This document shows, piece by piece, positions 17,911 to 26,924 of a stretch of DNA of 64,000 bases (within the stretch, counting starts at the first letter, position 1; the number at the start of each line of letters is the position of its first letter). Origin of the DNA: an uncultured Candidatus Rokubacteria bacterium (GTDB lineage: Bacteria > Methylomirabilota > Methylomirabilia > Rokubacteriales > CSP1-6); the NCBI GenBank assembly GCA_963771355.1, contig CAVYTA010000005.1, positions 608,001 through 672,000 on the forward strand. The letters run 5' to 3'. The notes under the pieces were generated by a model. It saw only the letters and a list, made by a program, of their open reading frames with translations, did no database searches and was not told where the DNA came from. The translations under genes were made by a program, and so were the position numbers.

Positions 17911-18915
17911 ATGGCCACCATCCCTCTCCTTCAAGACATCGTGCTGGCCGGGCCTCGCGGCTTCTGCGCCGGCGTGGACCGCGCCATCGACATCGTCGAG
18001 CTGGCGCTGCAGGTCTGCCCGCCCCCCGTGTACGTGCGGAAGGAGATCGTGCACAACCGCCACGTGGTGGAAGCGTTGCGCGCCAAGGGCGCCCACTTCG
18101 TGGACGAGCTCGACGAGGTCCCCGACGACGCCACCGTGATCTTCAGCGCCCACGGGATCTCGCCCGCGGTGCGGCAGGAGGCCGAGCAGCGGGGCCTGCG
18201 CGTGATCGACGCCACGTGCCCGCTGGTGACCAAGGTGCACCTGGAGGCCATCCGCTACGCGCGCGAGGGCTACTCCATCATTCTCGTCGGCCATGCTGAC
18301 CACGACGAGGTGGTGGGGACCATGGGCGAGGCGCCCGACCGCATGTTCGTGATCGCGCATCCCGACGAGGTCGAGCGGCTGGTGGTGCCGGATCCCGAAA
18401 AGGTGGCCTTTCTCACGCAGACCACCCTGTCCGTGGACGACACCCGCGACTGCATCGCCGCCTTGCAGCGGCGCTTCCCCAAGATCGTGGGCCCGGCCAA
18501 GGACGACATCTGCTACGCGACGCAGAACCGGCAGGCGGCGGCCAAGACGGTGGCCGCGGGCGTCGACGTGCTCCTCGTCATCGGCGCGGCGAACAGCTCG
18601 AACGCCAATCGTCTGGTGGAAGTGTCCAAGGGGCTGGGCACCGCGTCCTACCTCATCAACGACAAGAACGACATCCGGCCCGAGTGGCTCGAGGGCGCGA
18701 CGCGCGTCGGGGTGACCGCGGGCGCCTCCACGCCCGAGTTCCTCGTCACCGAGGTGGTGGAAGCGCTCCGGGCGTCGCGGCCCGCCGAGGTCCGCGAGGT
18801 CCACGTGGTGGAGGAGGACGTCCGCTTCGGCCTTCCCAAAGAGCTGGAGGAGATCGCCCGCCACGCCGGCAAGACGCTGCCCGCCCGTCGCAGCGCGGGC
18901 GTGGACGAGGAGTAG
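17911..18915 (+). CDS. ispH: 4-hydroxy-3-methylbut-2-enyl diphosphate reductase
   Basis: PRGFCAGVDRAI, IVHN, DATCPLV, DICYATQNRQ, NSSN and GVTAGASTP motifs. Confidence 0.96.
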   Translation: MATIPLLQDIVLAGPRGFCAGVDRAIDIVELALQVCPPPVYVRKEIVHNRHVVEALRAKGAHFVDELDEVPDDATVIFSAHGISPAVRQEAEQRGLRVIDATCPLVTKVHLEAIRYAREGYSIILVGHADHDEVVGTMGEAPDRMFVIAHPDEVERLVVPDPEKVAFLTQTTLSVDDTRDCIAALQRRFPKIVGPAKDDICYATQNRQAAAKTVAAGVDVLLVIGAANSSNANRLVEVSKGLGTASYLINDKNDIRPEWLEGATRVGVTAGASTPEFLVTEVVEALRASRPAEVREVHVVEEDVRFGLPKELEEIARHAGKTLPARRSAGVDEE

Positions 18916-18917
18916 CG

Positions 18918-19859
18918 GTGCACCTCGTCACCTTCCGCCGAGGCCGGAGCCAGGGGCGGGTGGGGGCGGTGTGGCACGAAGCGGTCCTCGATCTGGGCGC
19001 CATCGCGCGGGACCTTGCTGCCCAGGGCGGCGCCGTGGGGCGCGCCCGCGGCGGCTTCCCCAAGACCATGCTCGAGCTCATCCAGGGCGGCGCCCCCGCG
19101 CTGGAGGCGGCCCGCGCCGCGTGGGAGGCGGGCCAGCGGCTCGTGGAGAGTCAGCCCCTCGAGGAGCTCACGCGGCGCAAGCTGGTCTTTGCCCTCGCCA
19201 AGGTGCGGCTGCAGGCGCCGATTCCCGCGCCCGCCCGGAACATCTTCTGCCTCGGGCGCAACTACGCTGACCATGCCGCCGAGCGCGGTGCCGCCGTGCC
19301 TGAACACCCGGTGTACTTCACCAAGCCGGCGCACGCAGTGGTAGGCCCCGGCGACCGGGTGGTGCACCACGCGGTGACCAAGGAGCTGGACTACGAGGTC
19401 GAGCTCACCGCGGTGATCGGATCGGCCGGGCGGGACATCCCCCGTGGCGAGGCGCTGCGGCACGTCTTCGGCTACACCATCATCAACGACGTCACCGCGC
19501 GGGACCTCCAGAAGCGACACGGCCAGTGGTTCAAGGGGAAATCCCTGGACACCTTCTGTCCCATGGGGCCCATCCTGGTCACCGCCGACGAGATTCCCGA
19601 TCCGCAGGCGCTCGCGGTTTCGCTTCGGGTGAACGGTCAGGTCCGCCAGTCCAGCCACACGTCGAAGATGATCTTCCCGGTGGACCAGTGCATCGAAGTC
19701 CTGTCGCAGGGGCTGACGCTCCTGCCCGGGGACGTCATCGCCACCGGCACGCCGGATGGGGTGGGGGCTGCCACCGGTAACTTCCTCAAGGTGGGCGACC
19801 GGATGGAAGCCGAGGTGGAGCACATCGGAGTCCTCGCCAACCGAATCGCGGCGCCCTAG
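18918..19859 (+). CDS. fumarylacetoacetate hydrolase family protein
   Basis: CLGRNYADH, DYEVEL, NDVTARD..KGKS.DTFCPMGP and GDVIATGTP motifs. Confidence 0.92.
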   Translation: MHLVTFRRGRSQGRVGAVWHEAVLDLGAIARDLAAQGGAVGRARGGFPKTMLELIQGGAPALEAARAAWEAGQRLVESQPLEELTRRKLVFALAKVRLQAPIPAPARNIFCLGRNYADHAAERGAAVPEHPVYFTKPAHAVVGPGDRVVHHAVTKELDYEVELTAVIGSAGRDIPRGEALRHVFGYTIINDVTARDLQKRHGQWFKGKSLDTFCPMGPILVTADEIPDPQALAVSLRVNGQVRQSSHTSKMIFPVDQCIEVLSQGLTLLPGDVIATGTPDGVGAATGNFLKVGDRMEAEVEHIGVLANRIAAP

Positions 19860-19966
19860 CGAAACGGGCGCCTACCGCGCCGGCCCAACGTCACCGTCAC
19901 CCTCAGCCGTCCGGACAGCGTCGTTCGTGGGCCGGGCTTCTCCATGCGCTATCGGTCCTGCTGGGG

Positions 19967-20428
19967 GTGCTGTGGCTCGCGGCGGTGCCCGCCGCTGCCC
20001 AGACCATGATCATCGGGATCGACGAGAAGGTCACCTGGGACGCCAAGGGCAAGCAGCTCTTCACCCCTCCGGGCAAGGACGCGGTCTCGGTGGTGGACAT
20101 CTCCAACCCGGAGGCCCCCAAGATCATCGCCAACCTGCCCCTGATGAACTCCTTCTTCGGGCCGCCCGTGAACCTCGCGGTCTCGTCGGACGGCAAGCTG
20201 GCGGTGGTGGCCAACTCGATGGATTGGCAGAAGGACGGCGACGCCTGGAAGCCGGTGCCCGACAACAAGCTCGTCGTCTTCAGCCCGGACGGCCAGTACA
20301 TCTACGTCGGGAACTACATGGATCGTGACGTCTCCATCCTCAAGGTCGAGAAGAACGGGCGGGTGGTCAATACCGGGAAGTCGCTCAAGCTTCCCGGCCA
20401 GCCCGCGTCTATGCGCGGCGCGAAGTAG
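19967..20428 (+). pseudogene. YncE-like secreted beta-propeller, apparently internally deleted
   Basis: Signal-peptide-like N-terminus and only ~3 blade-like repeats (VSVVDI, AVSSDG, VFSPDG). 153 aa is too short to close a propeller, and no start codon precedes the full signal peptide. Confidence 0.55.
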
Positions 20429-20609
20429 CCGCGCCGCGCACGCGATCTCCGGCCGCGCGCGCGATCTCCCGGGCGGGGCGACGGGTTCTGCGGCGCCCCG
20501 CCCGACCCCCCTGGCACCGTCCTTCGGCGCGTGGTAGCATCCCCCCACATCAGCCCTCTTCCTTCTTCCGTCGTGCTATCTGTCGTGCCGGGATCACGGG
20601 GAGGCGAAC

Positions 20610-22694
20610 ATGGCGCTCGACATCGCGAAGATCCGCAACATCGGCTTCGTCGGCCACGGCGGCGTCGGCAAGACGTCCCTGGTCGAGGGCATGCTCCACG
20701 CTGCGGGCGCGGTGAGCCGCCTCGGGCGCGTGGACGACGGCACCACCACCACCGACTTCGACCCCGACGAGATCAAGCGCAAGATCTCCCTCTCGACGGC
20801 GGTGGCCTTCTGCGACTACAAGGGCCATCGCCTCAACCTCGTGGACACGCCCGGATACGGCGACTTCGTGTCCGATGCACGCGCGGGGCTGCGGGCGGTG
20901 GGCGCCGCGGTGGTGGTGGTGGACGCGGTGGCGGGGGTCCAGGTCCAGACCGAGAAGGTCTGGAAGATGGCCAACGACTACGGGCTGCCGCGCATCATCG
21001 TGATCAACCGCATGGACCGGGAGCGGGCGGACTTCTACCGCGCGCTGGAGTCGCTGCAGCGCCGGCTCAAGGGGCGGCTGTGCCCACTTCAGGTGCCGAT
21101 CGGGAGCGAGGCGGGATTCCAGGGCGTGGTGGATCTCGTCAAGATGAAGGCGCTCCTCACCGTGGACGGCAAGACGCGCGAGGCGGAGATTCCGGGCGAG
21201 GTGATGGACGCCGCCAAAGAGTGGCGCGAGAAGCTGACGGAGGCCGCCGCCGAGACCGACGACGACCTGCTCACGAAGTACCTGGAGGAGGGCTCGATCG
21301 CGGAAGGCGAGATGCTGACGGCCCTCCGGAAGGCCATCGGCGCGGGCGCGCTGGTGCCCGTGCTCGCCGCGGCGGCGACGCGGGGCATCGGGATCCAGCC
21401 GGTGATGGACCTCATCGTGGACGAGTTCCCCTCGCCGATCGAGCAGGGCGCGGTGGAGGGGGTGGACGTCAAGAGCAAGGCGGCGGCCACCCGGGCGCCG
21501 GATCCGAAGGCGCCGTTCTCGGCGGTGGTGTTCAAGACGGTGTCCGATCCGCACGTGGGCAAGCTCTCCATCTTCCGGGTCTGCTCCGGCACGCTCAAGG
21601 CCGACAGCCAGGTGCTCAACGCCACCAAGGGCATCAAGGAGCGCGTGGGCCACATCGGCTGGCTCCAGGGTAAGACCCAGAAGCCGGTGGAGACGCTGGG
21701 GCCGGGCGAGATCGGGGTGGTGGCCAAGCTCAAGGACACCCTTACCGGCGACACGCTCTGCGACGAGGCGCACCCCCTGATCCTCCCCGCCATCAAGTTC
21801 CCCGAGCCCGCCATCTCATTTGCCATCCAGCCCAAGACCCGTGGCGACGAGGACAAGATCTCCACCGCGCTCCATCGGATGGCCGAGGAAGATCCCACCC
21901 TCCACCATCACTTCGACCCCGAGACCAAGCAGCTCCTCGTCTCGGGCATGGGCCAGCTCCACGTGGAGATGGTGGTGGAGCGGATGAAGCGAAAGTACAA
22001 CGTGGACGTGCTCGTCCTCCCGCCGCGCATCCCCTACAAGGAGACGGTGAAGGGGCGGGCGGAAGTGCAGGGCAAGTACAAGAAGCAGACGGGCGGCCGC
22101 GGCCAGTACGGCGACACCTGGCTGCGCATCGAGCCGCTCGCCCGCGGCGGCGGGTTCGAGTTCGAGGACGACATCTTCGGCGGCGCCATTCCGCGTAACT
22201 TCATCCCCTCCTGCGAGAAGGGGGTGCGCGACTGCATGAAGCGGGGGATCTTCGCCGGCTACCCGGTGGTGGACCTCAAGGTCACCCTCTACGACGGGTC
22301 CTATCACGACGTGGACTCGTCCGACATGGCGTTCCAGATCGCGGCCTCCATGGGATTGCAGAAGGGCTTCATGGAGGCGCACCCGATCCTGCTGGAGCCG
22401 GTGATGAACGTGGAGGTGACCGCGCCCTCCGACCATGCCGGCGACGTGATCGGCGACATCAACGGCCGCCGCGGCCGGGTGGTGGGCATGGAGCCCGACG
22501 GCGAGACGGTGTCGGTGCGCGCCCAGGTGCCGATGGCGGAGATGCTCACCTACGAGTCGAGCCTGCGCTCCATGACGGGGGGCCGCGGCGCGTACTCGAT
22601 GGAGTTCTCGCACTACGAGGAAGTGCCCGCTCACCTCGCCGAGAAGGTGGTCAAGGAAGCCAAGGCGGAGAAGGAGAAGGAGAGGGCGCACTAG
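20610..22694 (+). CDS. fusA: elongation factor G paralogue (EF-G2 type)
   Basis: Full EF-G domain set (DTPG, GMGQLH, KQTGGRGQYG, DGSYHDVDSSDMAF). P-loop GHGGVGKT and switch I EIKRKISL are divergent, and the gene is not in the str operon. Confidence 0.92.
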   Translation: MALDIAKIRNIGFVGHGGVGKTSLVEGMLHAAGAVSRLGRVDDGTTTTDFDPDEIKRKISLSTAVAFCDYKGHRLNLVDTPGYGDFVSDARAGLRAVGAAVVVVDAVAGVQVQTEKVWKMANDYGLPRIIVINRMDRERADFYRALESLQRRLKGRLCPLQVPIGSEAGFQGVVDLVKMKALLTVDGKTREAEIPGEVMDAAKEWREKLTEAAAETDDDLLTKYLEEGSIAEGEMLTALRKAIGAGALVPVLAAAATRGIGIQPVMDLIVDEFPSPIEQGAVEGVDVKSKAAATRAPDPKAPFSAVVFKTVSDPHVGKLSIFRVCSGTLKADSQVLNATKGIKERVGHIGWLQGKTQKPVETLGPGEIGVVAKLKDTLTGDTLCDEAHPLILPAIKFPEPAISFAIQPKTRGDEDKISTALHRMAEEDPTLHHHFDPETKQLLVSGMGQLHVEMVVERMKRKYNVDVLVLPPRIPYKETVKGRAEVQGKYKKQTGGRGQYGDTWLRIEPLARGGGFEFEDDIFGGAIPRNFIPSCEKGVRDCMKRGIFAGYPVVDLKVTLYDGSYHDVDSSDMAFQIAASMGLQKGFMEAHPILLEPVMNVEVTAPSDHAGDVIGDINGRRGRVVGMEPDGETVSVRAQVPMAEMLTYESSLRSMTGGRGAYSMEFSHYEEVPAHLAEKVVKEAKAEKEKERAH

Positions 22695-22809
22695 CGGACG
22701 GGCCGGCGGCCGCGTCGTTCCCGAGCCGGCTCGCGTCCTTCTGTCGGCTCATCCTCTTTGACAAGCGGGGCACCGGACGGTCCGACCGCGAGCGTGGGCT
22801 GACAACCGC

Positions 22810-24045
22810 ATGAGCTTCGTGACTCACATCGAGTGTACCGTCTGCGGCACGCGCCACGAGGCGGGCCGCCTGCTCACCGTCTGCGAGGCCTGCGGCCAGA
22901 TGCTCGCGGTGCGCTACGACCTCGGCAAGGTGGCGGCCGCCGTCACCAAGGACGCGCTCCGGGTGCGCCCGCCCGGGATGTACCGTTTCCGCGAGCTGGT
23001 GCCGCTTGCCGACGGAGAGGAGCCGGTCACCCTCGGGGAAGGCGGCACGCCGCTGCTCGAGCTGCCACGGCTGGCCGCGCAGGTGGGAGTAGGCCGGCTC
23101 TGGGGGAAGGACGAGGGACAGAATCCCACCGGCTCCTTCAAGGCGCGCGGCCTCGGGATGGCGGTCACCAAGGCGCGCACCCTCGGCGTGAAAGGGATGA
23201 TGATTCCCTCCGCCGGCAATGCCGGCGGCGCGGCGGCGGTGTATGGCGCGCGCGCGGGCGTGCCGGTGGCGGTGGTGGTCCCCCGCGGGACACCCGAGGC
23301 GGCGGTGGCCGAGGCCCTCATCGCGGGCGCCTTCGTCTTCACGGTGGACGGCTCCATCGCGACCGCAGGCCGGCTCACGGCCCGCGTGGCGCCGGCGCTG
23401 GGCTGGTTCGACCTGGCCACCCTCAAGGAGCCGTACCGCCTCGAGGGCAAGAAGACCATGGGGCTCGAGCTGGCCGAGCAGCTCGACTGGGACACGCCGG
23501 ACGTGCTCATGTACCCGACCGGTGGCGGCACGGGGCTGGTCGGCATCTGGAAGGCCTACGAGGAGCTCAGCGCGATGGGCTGGGTGACGTCGCCCCCGCC
23601 GCGCTTCGTGGCCGTGCAGGCCGAGGGCTGCGCGCCGGTGGTCAAGGCGTGGGAGGACAAGGCCGAGACCACCGCGATGTGGGAGAACCCGGTGACGCAT
23701 GCCGCCGGCCTGCGCGTGCCCGGACCATTTGCTGGTCGCCAGATGCTCCGCATCCTCCGGGAGTCCGGGGGGACCGCGCAGGCGGTGAGCGAGGACGAGA
23801 TCGTCGCCGCCCAGCATCTGCTGGCCCGGATCGAGGGCATCTGGACCGCGCCGGAGTCCGCGGCGGCGCTGGCCGCTCTCATCCGGCTGTGCGCGAGCGG
23901 CGAGGTCGGGTCGCGCGAGCGCGTGGTGATCATGCTCACCGGCTGCGGCTTCAAGTATGCCCCGCCGCCCTTGCCCGCGCCCGTCCACCTCGAGGGCTCG
24001 GAGGCCGCCATCCTGGACGCGGTGCGCCGGACCATCGGCGCCTGA
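22810..24045 (+). CDS. thrC: threonine synthase (PLP) with an N-terminal Zn ribbon
   Basis: CxxC..CxxC N-terminus; LGEGGTPL, NPTGSFKARG, SAGNAG and YRLEGKKT motifs. Confidence 0.8.
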   Translation: MSFVTHIECTVCGTRHEAGRLLTVCEACGQMLAVRYDLGKVAAAVTKDALRVRPPGMYRFRELVPLADGEEPVTLGEGGTPLLELPRLAAQVGVGRLWGKDEGQNPTGSFKARGLGMAVTKARTLGVKGMMIPSAGNAGGAAAVYGARAGVPVAVVVPRGTPEAAVAEALIAGAFVFTVDGSIATAGRLTARVAPALGWFDLATLKEPYRLEGKKTMGLELAEQLDWDTPDVLMYPTGGGTGLVGIWKAYEELSAMGWVTSPPPRFVAVQAEGCAPVVKAWEDKAETTAMWENPVTHAAGLRVPGPFAGRQMLRILRESGGTAQAVSEDEIVAAQHLLARIEGIWTAPESAAALAALIRLCASGEVGSRERVVIMLTGCGFKYAPPPLPAPVHLEGSEAAILDAVRRTIGA

Positions 24046-24175
24046 GCATCGCCGCCGTCCCGGTTCGCGGGCATCCGTTTTTGCACTGGCATCCCTCTGC
24101 GGGTGTGATCTAGTATCCGCGTTGCGCGTTTCCGGTCGGGAAGCGAGAGGCGGACAGCCAAACCAAGGAGCGGGC

Positions 24176-25441
24176 ATGAGCAAGCTCACGCGCAGGGGTT
24201 TTCTCAAGACGGGCGGGGCCGCGCTCGCGGGAGCGGCCGCCGCGGGCGGTCTCGGCGGATGCGCCGCCATCATGGGGGAGACCCAGCCGACGGCCCGGCG
24301 CCGCGTGGTGGTGATCGGCGGCGGCTGGGGGGGCGCCACCGCGGCGAAGTACGTGCGGATGGGCGATCCGAGCATCGAGGTCGTGCTGCTCGAGCCCAAT
24401 CGCCAGTTCGTCTCCTGTCCGTTCAGCAACCTGGTGCTGGCGGGGCTGCGGAACATCGAGAGCTTGAGCTTCGGCTATGGCGGGCTGCGCCAGCGCGGCG
24501 TGCAGGTACGCCACGAGATGGCCCTGGCGGTGGAGCCCGACACGAAGCGCGTCCGCCTCGCCTCCGGCTACCTCTCCTATGACCGGCTCATCGTCTCGCC
24601 GGGGGTGGACTTCCAGTGGGAGCTGGTCGAGGGGCTGCCGGCCGCCAAGGAGACGGTGCTCCACGCGTGGAAGGCGGGGCCGCAGACGGTGCAGCTGGCG
24701 CGGCAGATCCAGGCCATGCCGGACGGCGGCGTCTTCGTGCTCACGGTGCCGCCGGTCGCGTACCGCTGCCCGCCGGGCCCCTACGAGCGGATCTCCATGG
24801 TGGCCTGGTATCTCAAGGCCAACAAGCCGCGGTCCAAGGTCATCGTGCTGGACGCGAACCCGAACATCGTGTCGAAGACGGCGTTGTTCCGCGAGGCGTG
24901 GAAGGCCTACCCGAACATCGACTACCGGGCCACCAACCGGGTGGTGGCCGTCGATCCGGGCGCCCGCGAAGTCGCCACCGAATTCGGCCGCGTGAAGTAC
25001 GACGTCCTGAACCTGATCCCGCCCCAGCGGGCGGGGCAGATCGCGGTGGACGCCGGCCTCACCGGCGCGGACGGGCGCTGGTGCGAGGTGAATCACATCA
25101 CCTACGAGTCCCTGAAGCAGCCGAACGTCCACGTGATCGGCGACGCCACCACCGGCCTGCCGGTGCCGAAGTCGGGGAACGTCGCCAACAACATGGGCAA
25201 GATCACCGCCATCGCGGTGGTGGCCCTGCTGGGGGACAAGCCGGTGCAGCCCCTCGCCCCCGGCAATACCTGCTACAGCTGGGTCAGCAATACCGAGGCG
25301 ATCGCGGTGGTCAACGCCTACAAGATCGAGGGCGGCAAGGTAGTCCAGATCGAGCAGCGGCTGACGCCGGCTCAGCACGCGTCGGTGGCGGCGCGGGCCG
25401 AGGGCTGGACGCGGAGCATCTGGCACGACGTGATCGGATAG
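24176..25441 (+). CDS. fccB: flavocytochrome c sulfide dehydrogenase flavoprotein subunit (FccB/SoxF-like), Tat-exported
   Basis: LTRRGFLK Tat motif, LGGC possible lipobox, VVVIGGGWGGATAA, SCPFSN, YRCPPGPYER, IGDA and NTCYS. Confidence 0.88.
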   Translation: MSKLTRRGFLKTGGAALAGAAAAGGLGGCAAIMGETQPTARRRVVVIGGGWGGATAAKYVRMGDPSIEVVLLEPNRQFVSCPFSNLVLAGLRNIESLSFGYGGLRQRGVQVRHEMALAVEPDTKRVRLASGYLSYDRLIVSPGVDFQWELVEGLPAAKETVLHAWKAGPQTVQLARQIQAMPDGGVFVLTVPPVAYRCPPGPYERISMVAWYLKANKPRSKVIVLDANPNIVSKTALFREAWKAYPNIDYRATNRVVAVDPGAREVATEFGRVKYDVLNLIPPQRAGQIAVDAGLTGADGRWCEVNHITYESLKQPNVHVIGDATTGLPVPKSGNVANNMGKITAIAVVALLGDKPVQPLAPGNTCYSWVSNTEAIAVVNAYKIEGGKVVQIEQRLTPAQHASVAARAEGWTRSIWHDVIG

Positions 25442-25455
25442 GCAAGGAGACTGCC

Positions 25456-26079
25456 ATGTCGACCATCTGTCGCCTCGCCGTCGTCGCCCTCGCCGGGGTC
25501 GCGGGCGCCGTGCTCGCGGGATCCGCGTGGGCGCAGGGCCCGGCCTCGACGGGGGGGCCCTTCGATACGCCGCTGGCCAAGGTGATCACCTGCTCGGCCT
25601 GCCACGGGGTGAACGGCAACAGCCGCACTGACGCGATGCCGATCATCGCGGGCATGGACGCGGCCTACATCAAGAAGCAGGTCCAGAGCTATGCCGCCGG
25701 CGGACGCCCCTCGCCGGAGATGGGTCCCTACTCCAAGCAGATCCTCGACGTCGGCGTCGATCAGGTGGCGGCCTTCTTCGCCGCCCAGAAGATGGAGCCG
25801 ACGCCGATCAAGGCCGATCCCGCGGCGGTGGAACGGGGCCGCGTGGCCGCCGCGACGTGCGTGGTCTGCCATGGTCCGGCGGGGAAGGGCAATCCCGCGC
25901 GCGGCATCGCGAGCCTGGCCGGCCAGGCGCCGGGCTACCTGCGTGACCAGATCCGGCTCTTCAAGCAAGACGCCCGAAATCCCGGCGATGCCGACCTCGC
26001 CGCGATGAAGGCGCTCATGAAGACGGTTCCCGACGAGCGGATCCCCGACCTCGCTGCCTACTACTCGAGCCTTCGCTAG
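25456..26079 (+). CDS. dihaem c-type cytochrome (c4/FccA-like)
   Basis: Signal peptide and two CxxCH motifs (CSACH, CVVCH). AGGAG RBS. Confidence 0.9.
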   Translation: MSTICRLAVVALAGVAGAVLAGSAWAQGPASTGGPFDTPLAKVITCSACHGVNGNSRTDAMPIIAGMDAAYIKKQVQSYAAGGRPSPEMGPYSKQILDVGVDQVAAFFAAQKMEPTPIKADPAAVERGRVAAATCVVCHGPAGKGNPARGIASLAGQAPGYLRDQIRLFKQDARNPGDADLAAMKALMKTVPDERIPDLAAYYSSLR

Positions 26080-26121
26080 GCGGGAACGGGTGCGCGGCGC
26101 GCGCGCCCGCCGGCGGCCGGC

Positions 26122-26907
26122 GTGACGCCGGCGTTCGCGGCGACGCTGGCGCTGCTCGGCTTCGCGGGCGCCTTCGTCTCCGGCCTCGTGGGCGTGGGCG
26201 GCGCCATCGTCATGATCCCGCTGCTCTACTACGTGCCTCCGCTCCTCGGCGTGGGGAGCCTCCCGATGCGCGAGGTCTCCGGCGTGACCATGGTGCAGGT
26301 CCTCGCCGCCAGCGCGGTGGGCGCCTGGACCCACGGGCGCCACGCCGCCGTCCACCGCGGCCTCGCGCTTCGCGGTGGGATGGCCATGGCGGTGGCGTCG
26401 CTGGCGGGCGCGGTCGTCTCCAGTCAGCTCTCGTCCCGCGCGCTCCTGAGCGTGTTCGCGGTGATGGCCACGGTGGCCCTGCCGCTGCTCGCGGTCCGGC
26501 CGGTCGCCGCCGACAAGTCGGCGACGCCCGCGGGCACCGCGTTGTCCCGGACGCTCGCAGTGGTCGCGCTCGTGCTCATCGGCTTTGCCTCGGGGCTGGT
26601 GGGCGCGGGCGGCGCCTTTCTCACCGTGCCGGTGATGATCGCGCTGCTCCGCCTGCCGGTGCGCCTCGCCATCGGGACCTCTCTCGCGGTGACCGTCATG
26701 TCCGCGCTCACCGGCGTGCTGGGCAAGGCGCTCACCGCGCAGATCCCCCTCGGCCCCGCGGGGGCGGTGATGCTAGGCTCCCTGGTGGGGGCCCGGGTGG
26801 GCGCCCGTGTCAGCCGGCGCATCCCCGTCCGCGTGCTGCAAATCGTGCTCGCCGGGCTTGTCGCGCTGGTGGCGATCCGGGAGTGGTGGGACGTGCTGGG
26901 CCGATAG
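26122..26907 (+). CDS. TauE/SafE family sulfite/organosulfur exporter
   Basis: Duplicated SGLVGVGG / SGLVGAGG motifs, AIGTSL, about 8 TM helices. Confidence 0.88.
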   Translation: MTPAFAATLALLGFAGAFVSGLVGVGGAIVMIPLLYYVPPLLGVGSLPMREVSGVTMVQVLAASAVGAWTHGRHAAVHRGLALRGGMAMAVASLAGAVVSSQLSSRALLSVFAVMATVALPLLAVRPVAADKSATPAGTALSRTLAVVALVLIGFASGLVGAGGAFLTVPVMIALLRLPVRLAIGTSLAVTVMSALTGVLGKALTAQIPLGPAGAVMLGSLVGARVGARVSRRIPVRVLQIVLAGLVALVAIREWWDVLGR

Positions 26908-26924
26908 GGCCCCAGGGAGACCGC

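Noticed and set aside
24068..24101. Sigma-54 promoter upstream of fccB (two GGCATCC...TGC motifs)
   Set aside because: GG-to-GC spacing is off by one base in both copies; at most a short direct repeat.
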